DNA of 64,000 bases from an uncultured Prevotella sp. (GCA_900771975.1 CAAGPV010000012.1:132891-196890), one strand, 5' to 3'. Shown: positions 29,801-38,996, counted from the first letter of the stretch. The notes: generated from the letters alone by a model not told the origin. Translations and numbers: made by a program.

Positions 29801-30077
29801 GACATTCGCCTTTACTGATGATGTTCGTGTAGATGGTGAGCATGTTTACAACGTAACAGTTGTTTACGAAGACGCTGAAGGCAACCAGTCTGAGTCTGGC
29901 TTCTCTAACGATGCAACAGTTGTAACTTCTATTGAAGCTATCGAAGCTATAGAGAACGCTTCTTCTTACAACGTCTATACTCTCGATGGTAAGGTTGTAA
30001 TGAAGGATGCTAAGTCTTTGAATGGATTGAAGAAAGGCGTTTATATCATCAATGACAAGAAGTATATCTTGAAATAA
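26808..30077 (+). CDS. Large secreted T9SS cargo adhesin-like protein with two 'choice-of-anchor J'/cleaved-adhesin-type domains, CARDB/Ig-like and Fn3-like modules, and a T9SS CTD
   Basis: Signal peptide MRKKITRLSWLALAIALSSPAVSTAQ. N-terminal domain DYCNTFDSEED...DDWLFSPAIHL...YVFAFKLRN...FYLLVDSFSV and C-terminal repeat DNDSWLISPSLSGKAQTISFYVNN...AFLFGVDDVTY both have the cleaved-adhesin/MAM-like signature. CARDB-like segment NLAATSISVPSKVKAGTSTPVVVGVKNWGANAA. C-terminus ...YNVYTLDGKVVMKDAKSLNGLKKGVYIINDKKYILK is a T9SS CTD. Confidence 0.7.
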   Translation: MRKKITRLSWLALAIALSSPAVSTAQTATKKVAPSPAKLLLDAASENPLVKKGQMIPQMPSLFKRAAVFNSLIQPSSSVARVPLKADTALEPDYCNTFDSEEDFNAFTVLDANNDGRTWKYSANQGAAQSYWNSTKDNDDWLFSPAIHLKASRSYVFAFKLRNQSSTYHNSLEVKWGDAATPEGMTKTLLPTTTPSNVWTEYTYEITPEADGNFYFGFHENSPKDQFYLLVDSFSVTASALATAPDSVTSLKVTPGAQGALTADLSFNVPTKAIDGSALSKVDSLVIKRDGAIISVLGQKSAGTHVAFQDNELSGLTVGGTHKYSVVAYKGEDAGRTNTVAAWIGEDVPLEPQNRVLTDNVSNILVSWDPFTNVGANGGYVDASKLSVSVFKLVESIFGYSVGDSLTTSEKGATSVTIDQDPEESTSDDGYQDLLQYAVRTNGASANSGYYITNALVVGPTISAPYKESFAAGNVENGFAWLESNEAVVNRATASTWTLSTDVSADNDGGCAYWSDIEGSYSSYTIEAGDECSINTPKLSVKNTTNPTLSFSYYAPAKTKAKLEVVVATPDGAETTLKTIDLSKKTTSGWVSEEADLSAFKNERYFFVKFHGIAEDNDIEMGVDNINVLDKLDYNLAATSISVPSKVKAGTSTPVVVGVKNWGANAASNFSVVLYSNDVAVDTVAVENELASFEETSVETTLPVKINAPEQLSVKAEVVYANDLKADDNTTETKTVNVIQPKTPKVSDLTAENPSYPTVNLAWSAPAQPEFATVTDGFEDYEDFAIDEFGGWQTSCGNDQALGMGFWNYYQYPNQGTAFGFIVFNLSQVYPDADLVTPNPGLAAHTGDKYAMSPYRADGSNFLDNDSWLISPSLSGKAQTISFYVNNLASADGVYAESYDVLGSKTNTDLSSFTKIGDTRVANGSVVAGDGNNWTKVSVDIPEGTKYFAIHQTTSADNAFLFGVDDVTYESGAEGASDSIVAYNIYRDGELIATVDGKTFAFTDDVRVDGEHVYNVTVVYEDAEGNQSESGFSNDATVVTSIEAIEAIENASSYNVYTLDGKVVMKDAKSLNGLKKGVYIINDKKYILK

Positions 30078-30103
30078 GAATAAATAGATATTCTTAAGTT
30101 TTC

Positions 30104-30164
30104 ATCCTTGCATAACACAGGTAGGTGCTTTTACCTACGGTGTTGTGCAAGGATTTTCTTTTTT
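30104..30164 (+). terminator. Rho-independent terminator of the adhesin gene
   Basis: atccttgcataacacaggtagg-tgctttta-cctacggtgttgtgcaaggat is a ~21-bp stem followed by tttctttttt. Confidence 0.85.
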
Positions 30165-30233
30165 ACAGACAGTTCTTGCCGTTCATTTGGAATAGTTTCT
30201 GTAAATTTGTATGCAGTTACCAAATGCTAATGA

Positions 30234-31466
30234 ATGAACGAGGCTACCTTACTCTTTGTGCAAAATCATAGTGACGAAGACGTTCGTACCTTGGCTTTCC
30301 AAGCCAATCGATACCCAGACGTGGATATGCCATGGGCGCTTGACCAGATACGCGGCAGGCAAATGGCTCGATTTAAGTTGCCTACATGGGCAAGCCACGA
30401 CAGGATAGTCTATCCTCCCCACCTGTCAATGGAGCAATGTTCGAGCGAAAAGACGGCCCGTTACAAGGCGGCTATAGCTAAGCGCCTTTTGCAGACCCCT
30501 GTGGAACAATCATTGTCGGAACACAATACGACTCTGGTAGACCTTACTGGAGGCTTTGGTGTGGATTTTTCCTTTCTTTCTTCCTTGTTCGATTCAGCCA
30601 CATACGTTGAACAACAACCGACTCTTTGCGAGTTGGCACGCCATAATTTTCAGACGCTAAAGCTTGGAAACGTTAGAGTAGAGAACGGGGATGGAATCGA
30701 TTGTCTTCAACAGATGTCCCATTCCACGATGATTTATCTGGATCCAGCCCGTCGTGATGAGCATGGGCGCAAGACTTACAGCATAAAAGACTGTACTCCG
30801 AATGTAACGCAATACATAGACAATCTGCTCTTGAAGTGTGATTATCTTTTGCTGAAACTGTCGCCCATGTTGGATTGGCACGAAGCAGTTGACGAGTTGA
30901 AAGGCGTGATAGAGGTACATATCGTCAGTGTAGGCGGAGAGTGCAAGGAAATGCTTCTGGTTCTTTCTGCTCATAGTTGCCAACCATTGAAGCTTATTTG
31001 TGTCAATGATGGGCAACGTTTTTGTTGCGAGGCGAGAACGGCTACGGAGTCGGTGCCTTTGGAAGAAACAGTCAAGCAGAAACTCACTGCAGGGTCATTG
31101 CTTTTAGAACCCAATGCATCCATCATGAAAGCAGGATGTTTCAAGGAGCTGGAGGCTGCATACTCCCTGGTTGCCCTATCGCCCAATTCCCACCTGTTTG
31201 TTCCCCGTTTGCCGAACGCAAACAATTGTTTGAAAAAGAATTTCCCCGGAAGGGTATTTGAGATAATAGCAGTTTCTACGTTCAACAAGAAAGAATTGAG
31301 TCGTAACCTTGCCAACTTAAAACAGGCTAATATAGCAGTGCGCAATTTTCCTATGACGGTTAACGAACTAAGAAAGCGGCTTAAACTGAAAGATGGGGGC
31401 GACAACTATCTGTTTGCCACTACTTTGGGAAAGCGTGACCACCTATTAATAATAGCGAAAAAATAA
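30234..31466 (+). CDS. Class I SAM-dependent methyltransferase (THUMP-like / Bacteroidetes conserved MTase family)
   Basis: Rossmann motif I LVDLTGGFGVDFSFL; acidic motif DGIDCL...IYLDPARRD (DPPY-like). A TAAATTTG -7 box sits at ~30202-30209. Confidence 0.6.
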   Translation: MNEATLLFVQNHSDEDVRTLAFQANRYPDVDMPWALDQIRGRQMARFKLPTWASHDRIVYPPHLSMEQCSSEKTARYKAAIAKRLLQTPVEQSLSEHNTTLVDLTGGFGVDFSFLSSLFDSATYVEQQPTLCELARHNFQTLKLGNVRVENGDGIDCLQQMSHSTMIYLDPARRDEHGRKTYSIKDCTPNVTQYIDNLLLKCDYLLLKLSPMLDWHEAVDELKGVIEVHIVSVGGECKEMLLVLSAHSCQPLKLICVNDGQRFCCEARTATESVPLEETVKQKLTAGSLLLEPNASIMKAGCFKELEAAYSLVALSPNSHLFVPRLPNANNCLKKNFPGRVFEIIAVSTFNKKELSRNLANLKQANIAVRNFPMTVNELRKRLKLKDGGDNYLFATTLGKRDHLLIIAKK

Positions 31467-31537
31467 AGCGAAATTTTGTCAATTCGCCTTTTTTGGCTAT
31501 TTTTGCACTTTTGAGATATTCTAAAAATTCAAGCTCA

Positions 31538-32683
31538 ATGACTTCTGTTCAGATAAGGAAAGTAGAAACAAAAAAGGAACTTAAGACTTTCATAGACTTT
31601 CATTACGACCTCTATAAGGGCAACAAATATGACGTGCCCACCTTGTTTAGCGACGATTGGAACACATTGTCGAAAGACAAAAATGCTGCTTTTGAGTTTT
31701 GTCAGGCAGAATATTATCTGGCTTACAAAGGTGGAAAAGTAGTTGGTCGTGTGGCTGCCATTATCAATCATAAAGCCAACAAGCGCTGGAAACGTGAAGA
31801 CGTGCGCTTCGGATGGATAGACTTTATAGACGACATGGATGTTTCTAAAGCACTTCTTGAAGCTGTTGAAAGCTATGGACGTGCCAATGGAATGAAACAA
31901 GTGGTAGGTCCGTTGGGCTTTACCGACTTCGATCCGGAGGGAATGTTGACCGAAGGGTTTGACCAGCTTGGGACAATGTCCACCATATACAACTATCCTT
32001 ACTATCCGGAACACCTCAAAAAAATGGGCGGATGGGTGAAAGACAACGATTATGTGGAATTTAAACTGCTTGTTCCAAAGACCGTTCCGGAAAAGTATAT
32101 CAAACTTTCTGAAATGGTGGAGAAGCGTTATAACCTTCATGTGCGCACCCTTACCAAGAAAGAAATCAACGAAGGTGGCTACGGACATAAGATCTTCCGC
32201 CTTATCAACGATACCTATAAAGACCTTTATGGCTTCTCGGAACTGTCAGACAGGCAGGTCGACCAATATGTAAAAATGTATTTGCCCTTGGCCGACTTGC
32301 AGATGATACCGATAGTTGAAGACTGGAATGCAGACCGAAAACTGGTTGGTGTGGGCATTACCATCCCCTCGTTGGCTGTCGCTTTACAGAAATGCCGTCG
32401 CGGACGCTTGTTTCCTTTTGGATGGTGGCACCTTTTAAGGGCGCTGAAATGCCATAAAACGAAGATTGTGGACATGGAGATGATAGGTGTACTTCCCGAA
32501 TACCGCATGAAAGGAGCCAACGCACTCTTGTTTGCCCACCTTATACCACTCTACCAGAAGTACGGTTTTGAATGGGGAGAAAGTCAAGTTGAAATGGAAA
32601 CCAACGACAACGTGCAAAGCCAATGGCAATATCTGGAAACCATTTTGCATAAGCGTAGACGTTGTTACAAGAAAGAATTATAA
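31538..32683 (+). CDS. GNAT-superfamily acyltransferase (Acetyltransf_6 / FemAB-like fold), function unknown
   Basis: [26 protein letters not shown]...[15 protein letters not shown]...[17 protein letters not shown]. The track ORF starts at TTG 31493; the TATTTTTG -7 box at 31497-31504 places the start at ATG 31538. Confidence 0.55.
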   Translation: MTSVQIRKVETKKELKTFIDFHYDLYKGNKYDVPTLFSDDWNTLSKDKNAAFEFCQAEYYLAYKGGKVVGRVAAIINHKANKRWKREDVRFGWIDFIDDMDVSKALLEAVESYGRANGMKQVVGPLGFTDFDPEGMLTEGFDQLGTMSTIYNYPYYPEHLKKMGGWVKDNDYVEFKLLVPKTVPEKYIKLSEMVEKRYNLHVRTLTKKEINEGGYGHKIFRLINDTYKDLYGFSELSDRQVDQYVKMYLPLADLQMIPIVEDWNADRKLVGVGITIPSLAVALQKCRRGRLFPFGWWHLLRALKCHKTKIVDMEMIGVLPEYRMKGANALLFAHLIPLYQKYGFEWGESQVEMETNDNVQSQWQYLETILHKRRRCYKKEL

Positions 32684-32691
32684 ATAAAATA

Positions 32692-34674
32692 ATGGCAGAA
32701 GAACTCACCGACATCGTCAATTCGCCATCGGCAGCAGGACAACAACCAGTTGAATATACCGATGACAACATCCGACACCTGTCGGATATGGAACACGTGC
32801 GTACCCGTCCGGGTATGTATATCGGCCGCCTTGGTGACGGATCGTTGCCCGAAGACGGTATTTATGTCTTGCTGAAAGAGGTTGTGGATAACTCTATCGA
32901 TGAGTTTAAGATGAATGCCGGCGACCGCATAGAGATAGATATAGAAGACGAACTGCGCGTTTCTGTTCGTGACTATGGCCGAGGCATACCGCAAGGAAAG
33001 CTTGTTGAAGCGGTCAGCGTGCTGAACACTGGTGGTAAATACGACTCAAAGGCTTTTAAAAAAAGCGTGGGCCTGAATGGCGTGGGCGTTAAAGCCGTTA
33101 ATGCACTTAGCGCCCGTTTTGAAGTGAAAAGCTATCGTGAAGGGAAAGTTCGCTCCTTGGTGTTTGAAAGAGGACAGTTGAAGAGCGATAAAACAGAACC
33201 TTCTGAAGATGAAAATGGAACTTACATCTTCTTTGAACCCGACCCCACGTTGTTTAAAAACTATCGTTTCCATTCTGATATCGTGGAAACAATGTTGCGC
33301 AACTATACTTACCTGAACACAGGTTTAGCTATAATGTATAATGGGCGACGCATTATCAGCCGACATGGTCTTAAAGACCTGCTGACCGATAATATGACGG
33401 TGGAGGGCCTTTATCCTATTGTTCACATGAAAGGAGAGGATATAGAGATTGCCTTTACCCACACCAATCAGTATGGCGAAGAATATTATAGCTTTGTCAA
33501 CGGCCAGCACACCACCCAAGGGGGTACCCACCAGACGGCGTTCAAGGAACACATAGCACGCACCATCAAGGAATTTTTTGGGAAGTATGAGTATGGTGAC
33601 ATCCGTAACGGACTTGTTGCAGCCATAGCTCTAAACGTGGAAGAACCTGTTTTCGAATCACAGACCAAGATAAAGTTGGGAAGTACGCAAATGGCCCCCG
33701 GCGGAGATTCTATCAATAAATATGTCGGCGATTTCCTGAAGACCAATGTTGACAACTATCTTCATATACATAAGGAAGACTGCGCCGATATAATGGAAGG
33801 GAAGATAAAGGAGAGCGAACGTGAGCGCAAGGCGATGGCAGGCGTAACCAAGCTTGCGCGCGAGCGTGCCAAGAAAGCAAATCTTCACAATCGCAAGCTA
33901 CGTGACTGCCGCATCCACTTCTGTGATGTCAAGAACGAGCGAAAGGAAGAGTCGAGCATCTTCATTACCGAGGGAGACTCTGCAAGCGGAAGCATTACCA
34001 AAAGCCGTGATGTAAACACACAAGCAGTGTTTTCTTTGCGCGGAAAACCACTCAATTCTTTTGGCCTAACCAAAAAGGTAGTCTATGAAAACGAAGAGTT
34101 TAACCTTCTTCAGGCAGCCCTTGACATTGAAGATGGCCTTGACTCTCTGCGCTATAATAAGGTAATTGTGGCTACAGATGCCGATGTGGACGGTATGCAC
34201 ATACGTTTGCTCATCATCACCTTCTTCCTTCAGTTCTTTCCCGACTTGATAAAGAAAGGACACGTCTATGTCTTGCAGACCCCGTTGTTTCGTGTCCGCA
34301 ACCGCAGAACGAAGATAAAGAATAAGGAAATCGTTAAAGCGGCGGACGAAAAGCGAACCCGACAAGAAAAAAAGAGCGATTTTATCACCCTTTACTGTTA
34401 CACGGAAGAAGAAAGGCAACAGGCTATTCATGATTTGGGGCCAGACCCAGAGATAACCCGCTTTAAGGGATTGGGAGAGATTTCGCCGGATGAGTTCGTT
34501 CATTTCATAGGTCCCGATATGCGTTTGGAACAAGTGACGCTTCATAAAAACGACCAGGTGCAGAAACTGTTGGCTTACTATATGGGTAAAAACACCATGG
34601 AACGCCAGAACTTCATCATTGACAATCTTGTGATAGAAGAGGATATACCAGAAGAAGATGCAGATGTAAGATAA
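32692..34674 (+). CDS. parE: DNA topoisomerase IV subunit B (type IIA topoisomerase ATPase / Toprim subunit)
   Basis: GHKL ATPase region [28 protein letters not shown]...[12 protein letters not shown], Toprim motif [10 protein letters not shown], and DADVDGMHI. The ~660-aa length fits ParE rather than GyrB. Confidence 0.85.
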   Translation: MAEELTDIVNSPSAAGQQPVEYTDDNIRHLSDMEHVRTRPGMYIGRLGDGSLPEDGIYVLLKEVVDNSIDEFKMNAGDRIEIDIEDELRVSVRDYGRGIPQGKLVEAVSVLNTGGKYDSKAFKKSVGLNGVGVKAVNALSARFEVKSYREGKVRSLVFERGQLKSDKTEPSEDENGTYIFFEPDPTLFKNYRFHSDIVETMLRNYTYLNTGLAIMYNGRRIISRHGLKDLLTDNMTVEGLYPIVHMKGEDIEIAFTHTNQYGEEYYSFVNGQHTTQGGTHQTAFKEHIARTIKEFFGKYEYGDIRNGLVAAIALNVEEPVFESQTKIKLGSTQMAPGGDSINKYVGDFLKTNVDNYLHIHKEDCADIMEGKIKESERERKAMAGVTKLARERAKKANLHNRKLRDCRIHFCDVKNERKEESSIFITEGDSASGSITKSRDVNTQAVFSLRGKPLNSFGLTKKVVYENEEFNLLQAALDIEDGLDSLRYNKVIVATDADVDGMHIRLLIITFFLQFFPDLIKKGHVYVLQTPLFRVRNRRTKIKNKEIVKAADEKRTRQEKKSDFITLYCYTEEERQQAIHDLGPDPEITRFKGLGEISPDEFVHFIGPDMRLEQVTLHKNDQVQKLLAYYMGKNTMERQNFIIDNLVIEEDIPEEDADVR

Positions 34675-34688
34675 AACCATTTACAACA

Positions 34689-36266
34689 ATGAAAAAACTA
34701 ACAGTAACACTAATAGGCTTGATGACTGTACTTGTAATGCAAGCACAGATACGTTTGGATTTCGGAAAAGATGCCCCATTAAAGAAAATACAGTTTGCAG
34801 AGGTTGCTATAGCTAACCTTTATGTAGACTCGTTAGACGAAAACCAGCTTGCCGAATCAGCCATTCGTGGAATGTTGGAAAAACTCGATCCCCATTCAAC
34901 CTACACAGATGCAAAAGAAACAAAAGCACTTGAAGAACCCCTACAAGGCGATTTTGAGGGAATAGGTGTGCAGTTTAACATCGTTGATGATACCTTGCTG
35001 GTTGTACAGCCCACCACCAACGGTCCTTCTCAAAAGGTGGGCATTATGGCAGGCGACCGCATAGTGGAGGTAAACGACACGGCTATTGCTGGTGTAAAGA
35101 TGGGTCGTTCGGACATTATGCGTCGGCTTCGCGGCAAAAAAGGAACAATGGTTCATCTTGCAATTGTGCGTCGGGGAGTTGCCGGTAAGCTCTATTTCGA
35201 TGTGAAGCGCGACAAAATACCGGTTCATTCTGTAACAAGCGCTTATATCGTAGAGCCGGGAATAGGTTATATCCGCATCGAAAGCTTTGGAGAAAAAACC
35301 TATGATGAGTTTATCTCGGCTATTGCCACATTACGAAAAAAGGGAATGAACGACCTTATTCTGGACCTGCAAGGCAATGGAGGAGGCTATTTGCAGTCGG
35401 CTGTACAGATAGCCAACGAGTTCTTAAACGATGGCGATATGATTGTATATACCGACGGCAGAAAGGCAGGACGCAAAGAATATCATGCCAAGAGCAACGG
35501 CCAGTTCCGTCAGGGGAAAGTTGTCGTCTTGATAGACGAGCTTACAGCATCTGCTGCCGAGATTGTGACGGGTGCCATTCAAGACCAGGACAGAGGCATT
35601 GTGGTAGGGCGTCGTTCTTTTGGAAAGGGATTGGTACAACGGCCTGTGCCACTACCGGGTGGCGCTTTGCTGCGTTTGACAGTGGCACACTATTACACAC
35701 CAAGTGGCCGTTGCATTCAAAAGCCTTATAAGAAAGGGGAGAAGAGGGAGTATAACCAAGATCTTGAAAACCGTTTGAAGCATGGGGAATTGACCAATTC
35801 CGACTCCATCCATTTCTCAGACAGCCTAAAATGCTATACGTTGCGTAAACACCGGATGGTGTATGGTGGTGGTGGCATTATGCCAGACTGTTTTGTTCCG
35901 CTTGACACCATGAGATACACACGCTATCATCGCCAACTGGCAGCCAAAAGCATTGTCTTCAATCAAGACATAAAATATATTGACCAGAATCGTAAACGCT
36001 TGCAGCGCCGCTTCTCCACGTTTGACAATTTCCGTAAGAACTTTGACGTTCCACAGGAACTGATAGACACTATTTTCGCTGAAGGACGGAAAGCTGGCAT
36101 TGAGCCAAAAGACTCTGACGAACTAAAACGTACCCTTCCGCTTTTGCGTTTGCAACTGAAAGCGCTCATCGCTCGCGACCTTTGGGATATGAATGAGTAC
36201 TATCAGGTATGGAATTCGTCTACCGACATCTTCCGTAAAGGGGTAGAGGCAATTAAAGAAAACTAA
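34689..36266 (+). CDS. ctp: Carboxy-terminal processing protease (S41 peptidase, Ctp/Prc family)
   Basis: Signal peptide; PDZ segment GIGVQF...VQPTTNGPSQKVGIMAGDRIVEV; S41 catalytic region LILDLQGNGGGYL...DELTASAAEI. Confidence 0.9.
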   Translation: MKKLTVTLIGLMTVLVMQAQIRLDFGKDAPLKKIQFAEVAIANLYVDSLDENQLAESAIRGMLEKLDPHSTYTDAKETKALEEPLQGDFEGIGVQFNIVDDTLLVVQPTTNGPSQKVGIMAGDRIVEVNDTAIAGVKMGRSDIMRRLRGKKGTMVHLAIVRRGVAGKLYFDVKRDKIPVHSVTSAYIVEPGIGYIRIESFGEKTYDEFISAIATLRKKGMNDLILDLQGNGGGYLQSAVQIANEFLNDGDMIVYTDGRKAGRKEYHAKSNGQFRQGKVVVLIDELTASAAEIVTGAIQDQDRGIVVGRRSFGKGLVQRPVPLPGGALLRLTVAHYYTPSGRCIQKPYKKGEKREYNQDLENRLKHGELTNSDSIHFSDSLKCYTLRKHRMVYGGGGIMPDCFVPLDTMRYTRYHRQLAAKSIVFNQDIKYIDQNRKRLQRRFSTFDNFRKNFDVPQELIDTIFAEGRKAGIEPKDSDELKRTLPLLRLQLKALIARDLWDMNEYYQVWNSSTDIFRKGVEAIKEN

Positions 36267-36344
36267 TATGTGGTCAAGAATAGGTACCAGACCGCTTAAG
36301 GTAGGGGTAGCCCGAAAGTAGGTAACCACCGGACGACTTTATAG

Positions 36345-36381
36345 AAAACGGGTGAAGCGAAAAACCGCTTCACCCGTTTTC
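36345..36381. terminator. Bidirectional intrinsic terminator between ctp (+) and ybeY (-)
   Basis: aaaacgggtgaagcg-aaaaac-cgcttcacccgtttt is a perfect 11-bp GC-rich stem flanked by an A-run and a T-run. Confidence 0.85.
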
Positions 36382-36434
36382 TGTGTTGTAAGTATCAATA
36401 GTAAAAAGCACGTCTAAAGGCATTTGCTTGTCGT

Positions 36435-36851
36435 CTAAGCCTTCAACAGGGCAAGGGCCTTGTCTTCTTCGGCCTCCATTATCTCGCGCTCTCCAGGGCC
36501 TTTATCGTTGATTCCGCAAAGATGAAGAATGCCATGGATGATTACTCTGTGCAATTCGTCATCGTAAACCTTTCCCAACATTTCTGCATTTGAACGTACC
36601 GTGTCGAGACTGATAACGATATCGCCGCTTATCGTATCGTCTTCGTCATAGTCGAAGGTGATGACATCGGTGTAATAGTCGTGTCCCAAGTATTCACGGT
36701 TGACTTCGAGAATCTTTTCATCGCTGACAAACATATATCCAATCTCGCCCACTTTTCTTCCGAAAGTAGCTGCTACGGCTTTTATCCAAGCCGTTGTTTC
36801 GCGCTTTTTTATTTTCGGCATACGCACGCCGTCTGTATTGTAACTTATCAT
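36435..36851 (-). CDS. ybeY: Endoribonuclease YbeY (rRNA maturation factor)
   Basis: HGILHLCGINDKGPGE (H-x3-H-x5-H zinc motif). The start is refined to the internal Met (MISYNTDG...), giving a 138-aa protein whose start overlaps the coaD stop. Confidence 0.85.
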   Translation of the reverse strand: MISYNTDGVRMPKIKKRETTAWIKAVAATFGRKVGEIGYMFVSDEKILEVNREYLGHDYYTDVITFDYDEDDTISGDIVISLDTVRSNAEMLGKVYDDELHRVIIHGILHLCGINDKGPGEREIMEAEEDKALALLKA

Positions 36852-37315
36852 TGTTCTGCTTTGTTTGTTGGAAGAAATTCTTGTACGTCCTTTCCGAAAT
36901 ACTCCAATTCCCTTACGAGAGTGCTGCTCACACTTGCCAGAGATGGCTCGGAAAAGAGCAGAATGGTTTCTACGCCACATAACTGGTGGTTGACTTCTGC
37001 CTGGTTGCGTTCATATTCGTAATCGGCAACGCTTCTCACACCTCTCAATAGAAAGCTTGCATGCTCGCGTTGCACCAGATCTGCTGTTAGGTCGTTATAG
37101 GAAACAACGCTGATGCGTGGCTCGTTGGCGTAGAGACTTCTGATGGTTGCCACTCGGTCGGCCACAGATTGATGCGCATTTTTCAGCCGACTCTCTGCAA
37201 CACCTATCACAAGATGGTCAAATAGAGGAAGTCCGCGCTTCACAATATTGGCATGCCCAATCGTAAAAGGATCGAATGTACCTGTGAAAATTCCTGTCTT
37301 TTCTCTCGTGTTCAT
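36848..37315 (-). CDS. coaD: Phosphopantetheine adenylyltransferase
   Basis: TGIFTGTFDPFTIGHANIVKRG (nucleotidyltransferase H/T-x-G-H motif); 155 aa. Confidence 0.95.
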   Translation of the reverse strand: MNTREKTGIFTGTFDPFTIGHANIVKRGLPLFDHLVIGVAESRLKNAHQSVADRVATIRSLYANEPRISVVSYNDLTADLVQREHASFLLRGVRSVADYEYERNQAEVNHQLCGVETILLFSEPSLASVSSTLVRELEYFGKDVQEFLPTNKAEQ

Positions 37316-37423
37316 CTCTTTCTTTTGGGTGCAAAGTTACAAACTTTCGATGAAAACGGCTCTTGATTAAAACAGAAAAATTGACCTTTGTAGGTCATTG
37401 AAAGTCAGTTAGTTAGGAATACC

Positions 37424-37500
37424 CTGTGTTTTACCTTCTAAAACACGGCATTTTAGGAGCTAAAACACGGCATATTGGAGGGTAAAACACGGGGTTTTGG
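37424..37500. repeat. MITE-like palindromic repeat, copy C
   Basis: Opens aataccctgtgtttta, as copy A does, then ctaaaacacggcattttag-gagctaaaacacggcata...ggtaaaacacggggttttgg. Confidence 0.65.
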
Positions 37501-37530
37501 AAAATAAAAACGAATTTATTGAAAATTATT

Positions 37531-37561
37531 TTTGTGATTTCGGAAATATTGCCTATATTTG
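37531..37561 (+). promoter_or_regulatory. Orphan consensus Bacteroidetes promoter on the + strand with no downstream + strand ORF
   Basis: -33 TTTG at 37531-37534 and -7 TATATTTG at 37554-37561, 19 bp apart. The extended -7 TATATTTGCAAC is the same as the adhesin promoter. Predicted TSS ~37568. Confidence 0.5.
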
Positions 37562-37738
37562 CAACAGAAACCACTAAAAGGCAAATTACAGTTTAATTCC
37601 CATATTTGATAGGGCAAAAAGCCTTTTCCTATAAATTACGTAGCGGTATACCCCGTGACGGGAAATCCGTTTTTCTAACTTGAAGAGTTGTTGATAAATA
37701 AAGACAATGTTTTTCAGATTTGGCTAAATGTTGCCAAA

Positions 37739-37784
37739 GGGGGGGTGTATCAGTGTAGGAACATAGATACATCCCCTTCTTTTT
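37739..37784. terminator. Intrinsic terminator hairpin downstream of ruvB (minus strand) that also ends the candidate + strand sRNA
   Basis: gggggtgtatc-agtgtaggaacata-gatacatcccc is an 11-bp stem with one G.U pair, followed on the + strand by ttcttttt. Confidence 0.7.
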
Positions 37785-37791
37785 GGGAACG

Positions 37792-38826
37792 CTAATCGAA
37801 TAGGCTGGGTTCCATCACGTTGCTTCCATTGGTGCTGCGTCCCAAGTGTTGATAGGCCAAAGCCGTTACCATACGTCCTCGCGGGGTGCGCTTCAAAAAT
37901 CCCTCTTGGATGAGAAATGGCTCATAGACCTCTTCTACCGTTCCGCTGTCTTCACCAATGGCTGTGGCGATGGTGCTTATACCCACAGGACCTCCATTGA
38001 ATTTGTCGATAATGGTCAGCAGAATTTTGTTGTCTATCTCGTCCAATCCATATTGGTCTATGTTGAGTGCGCCTAAAGCTAATTGCGCAATAGCGTTGGT
38101 AATGGTGCCGTCACCCTTCACTTGGGCGAAGTCTCGCACACGACGAAGCAACGAATTGGCTATACGTGGCGTACCGCGACTGCGTCGGGAAATCTCTACG
38201 GCAGCATCATCTTCTATTGGAACTTTCAACAACGAGGCACTACGGCGAATAATGCGTTGGAGGGTGGCAGGGTCATAATACTGTAAATGCATATTAATGC
38301 CAAACCGCGCACGGAGCGGAGCGGTGAGCATTCCGCTGCGGGTGGTCGCTCCGATAAGGGTGAACGGGTTGAGATCAATCTGTATGGAGCGTGCCGACGG
38401 CCCCTTGTCAATCATGATGTCAATGCGAAAATCTTCCATTGCCGAATAGAGATATTCTTCCACCACGGGTGACAAACGGTGTATTTCGTCGATAAACAAC
38501 ACGTCATTGGGCTCAAGCGAGGTGAGAATGCCAGCCAAGTCGCCAGGTTTGTCCAGCACGGGGCCACTGGTTATTTTGAAGCCAACCCCTAACTCGTTGG
38601 CAATAATGTTGCTGAGGGTGGTCTTTCCTAAGCCAGGAGGTCCGTAGAGCAAGGTATGGTCGAGTGGCTCGCCACGGTATTTGGCTGCCTCCACAAAGAT
38701 GCTGAGGTTTTCAACCACCTTGTCCTGACCGTTGAAATCGGAAAAACGAAGTGGACGGAGCGCATTCTCAAACGCTTTTTCGGCGGAACTGAGCTGCTCG
38801 TCTCTTATGTCAAAGTCTTCTGCCAT
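37792..38826 (-). CDS. ruvB: Holliday junction branch-migration helicase RuvB
   Basis: Walker [23 protein letters not shown]; AAA+ sensor regions. The start is refined to MAEDFDI because the TATCTTTG -7 box (rc of 38833-38840) lies only 6 nt upstream, which makes this a leaderless mRNA. Confidence 0.95.
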   Translation of the reverse strand: MAEDFDIRDEQLSSAEKAFENALRPLRFSDFNGQDKVVENLSIFVEAAKYRGEPLDHTLLYGPPGLGKTTLSNIIANELGVGFKITSGPVLDKPGDLAGILTSLEPNDVLFIDEIHRLSPVVEEYLYSAMEDFRIDIMIDKGPSARSIQIDLNPFTLIGATTRSGMLTAPLRARFGINMHLQYYDPATLQRIIRRSASLLKVPIEDDAAVEISRRSRGTPRIANSLLRRVRDFAQVKGDGTITNAIAQLALGALNIDQYGLDEIDNKILLTIIDKFNGGPVGISTIATAIGEDSGTVEEVYEPFLIQEGFLKRTPRGRMVTALAYQHLGRSTNGSNVMEPSLFD

Positions 38827-38996
38827 AGGTTGCAAAGATACAAATAAAATCTATAATAAGCTTGTTTGCCGATCATTTTGCTTGCCGTTGGTAGCAGGGA
38901 ACGGTGGATTTTTTCTGTTGTTATCAAAACATTGCAACCCAGTTGCAGTAGGTATTCTATAACTTTGCAACCGAAAATCATCAAGAAAAAGAAACT

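Noticed and set aside
37568-37784. Assigning the candidate sRNA to 6S RNA (SsrS) or another named RNA family.
   Set aside because: I could not find the long end-to-end helix with a central bubble expected of 6S, nor SRP, tmRNA or RNase P signatures. It stays an unclassified candidate.
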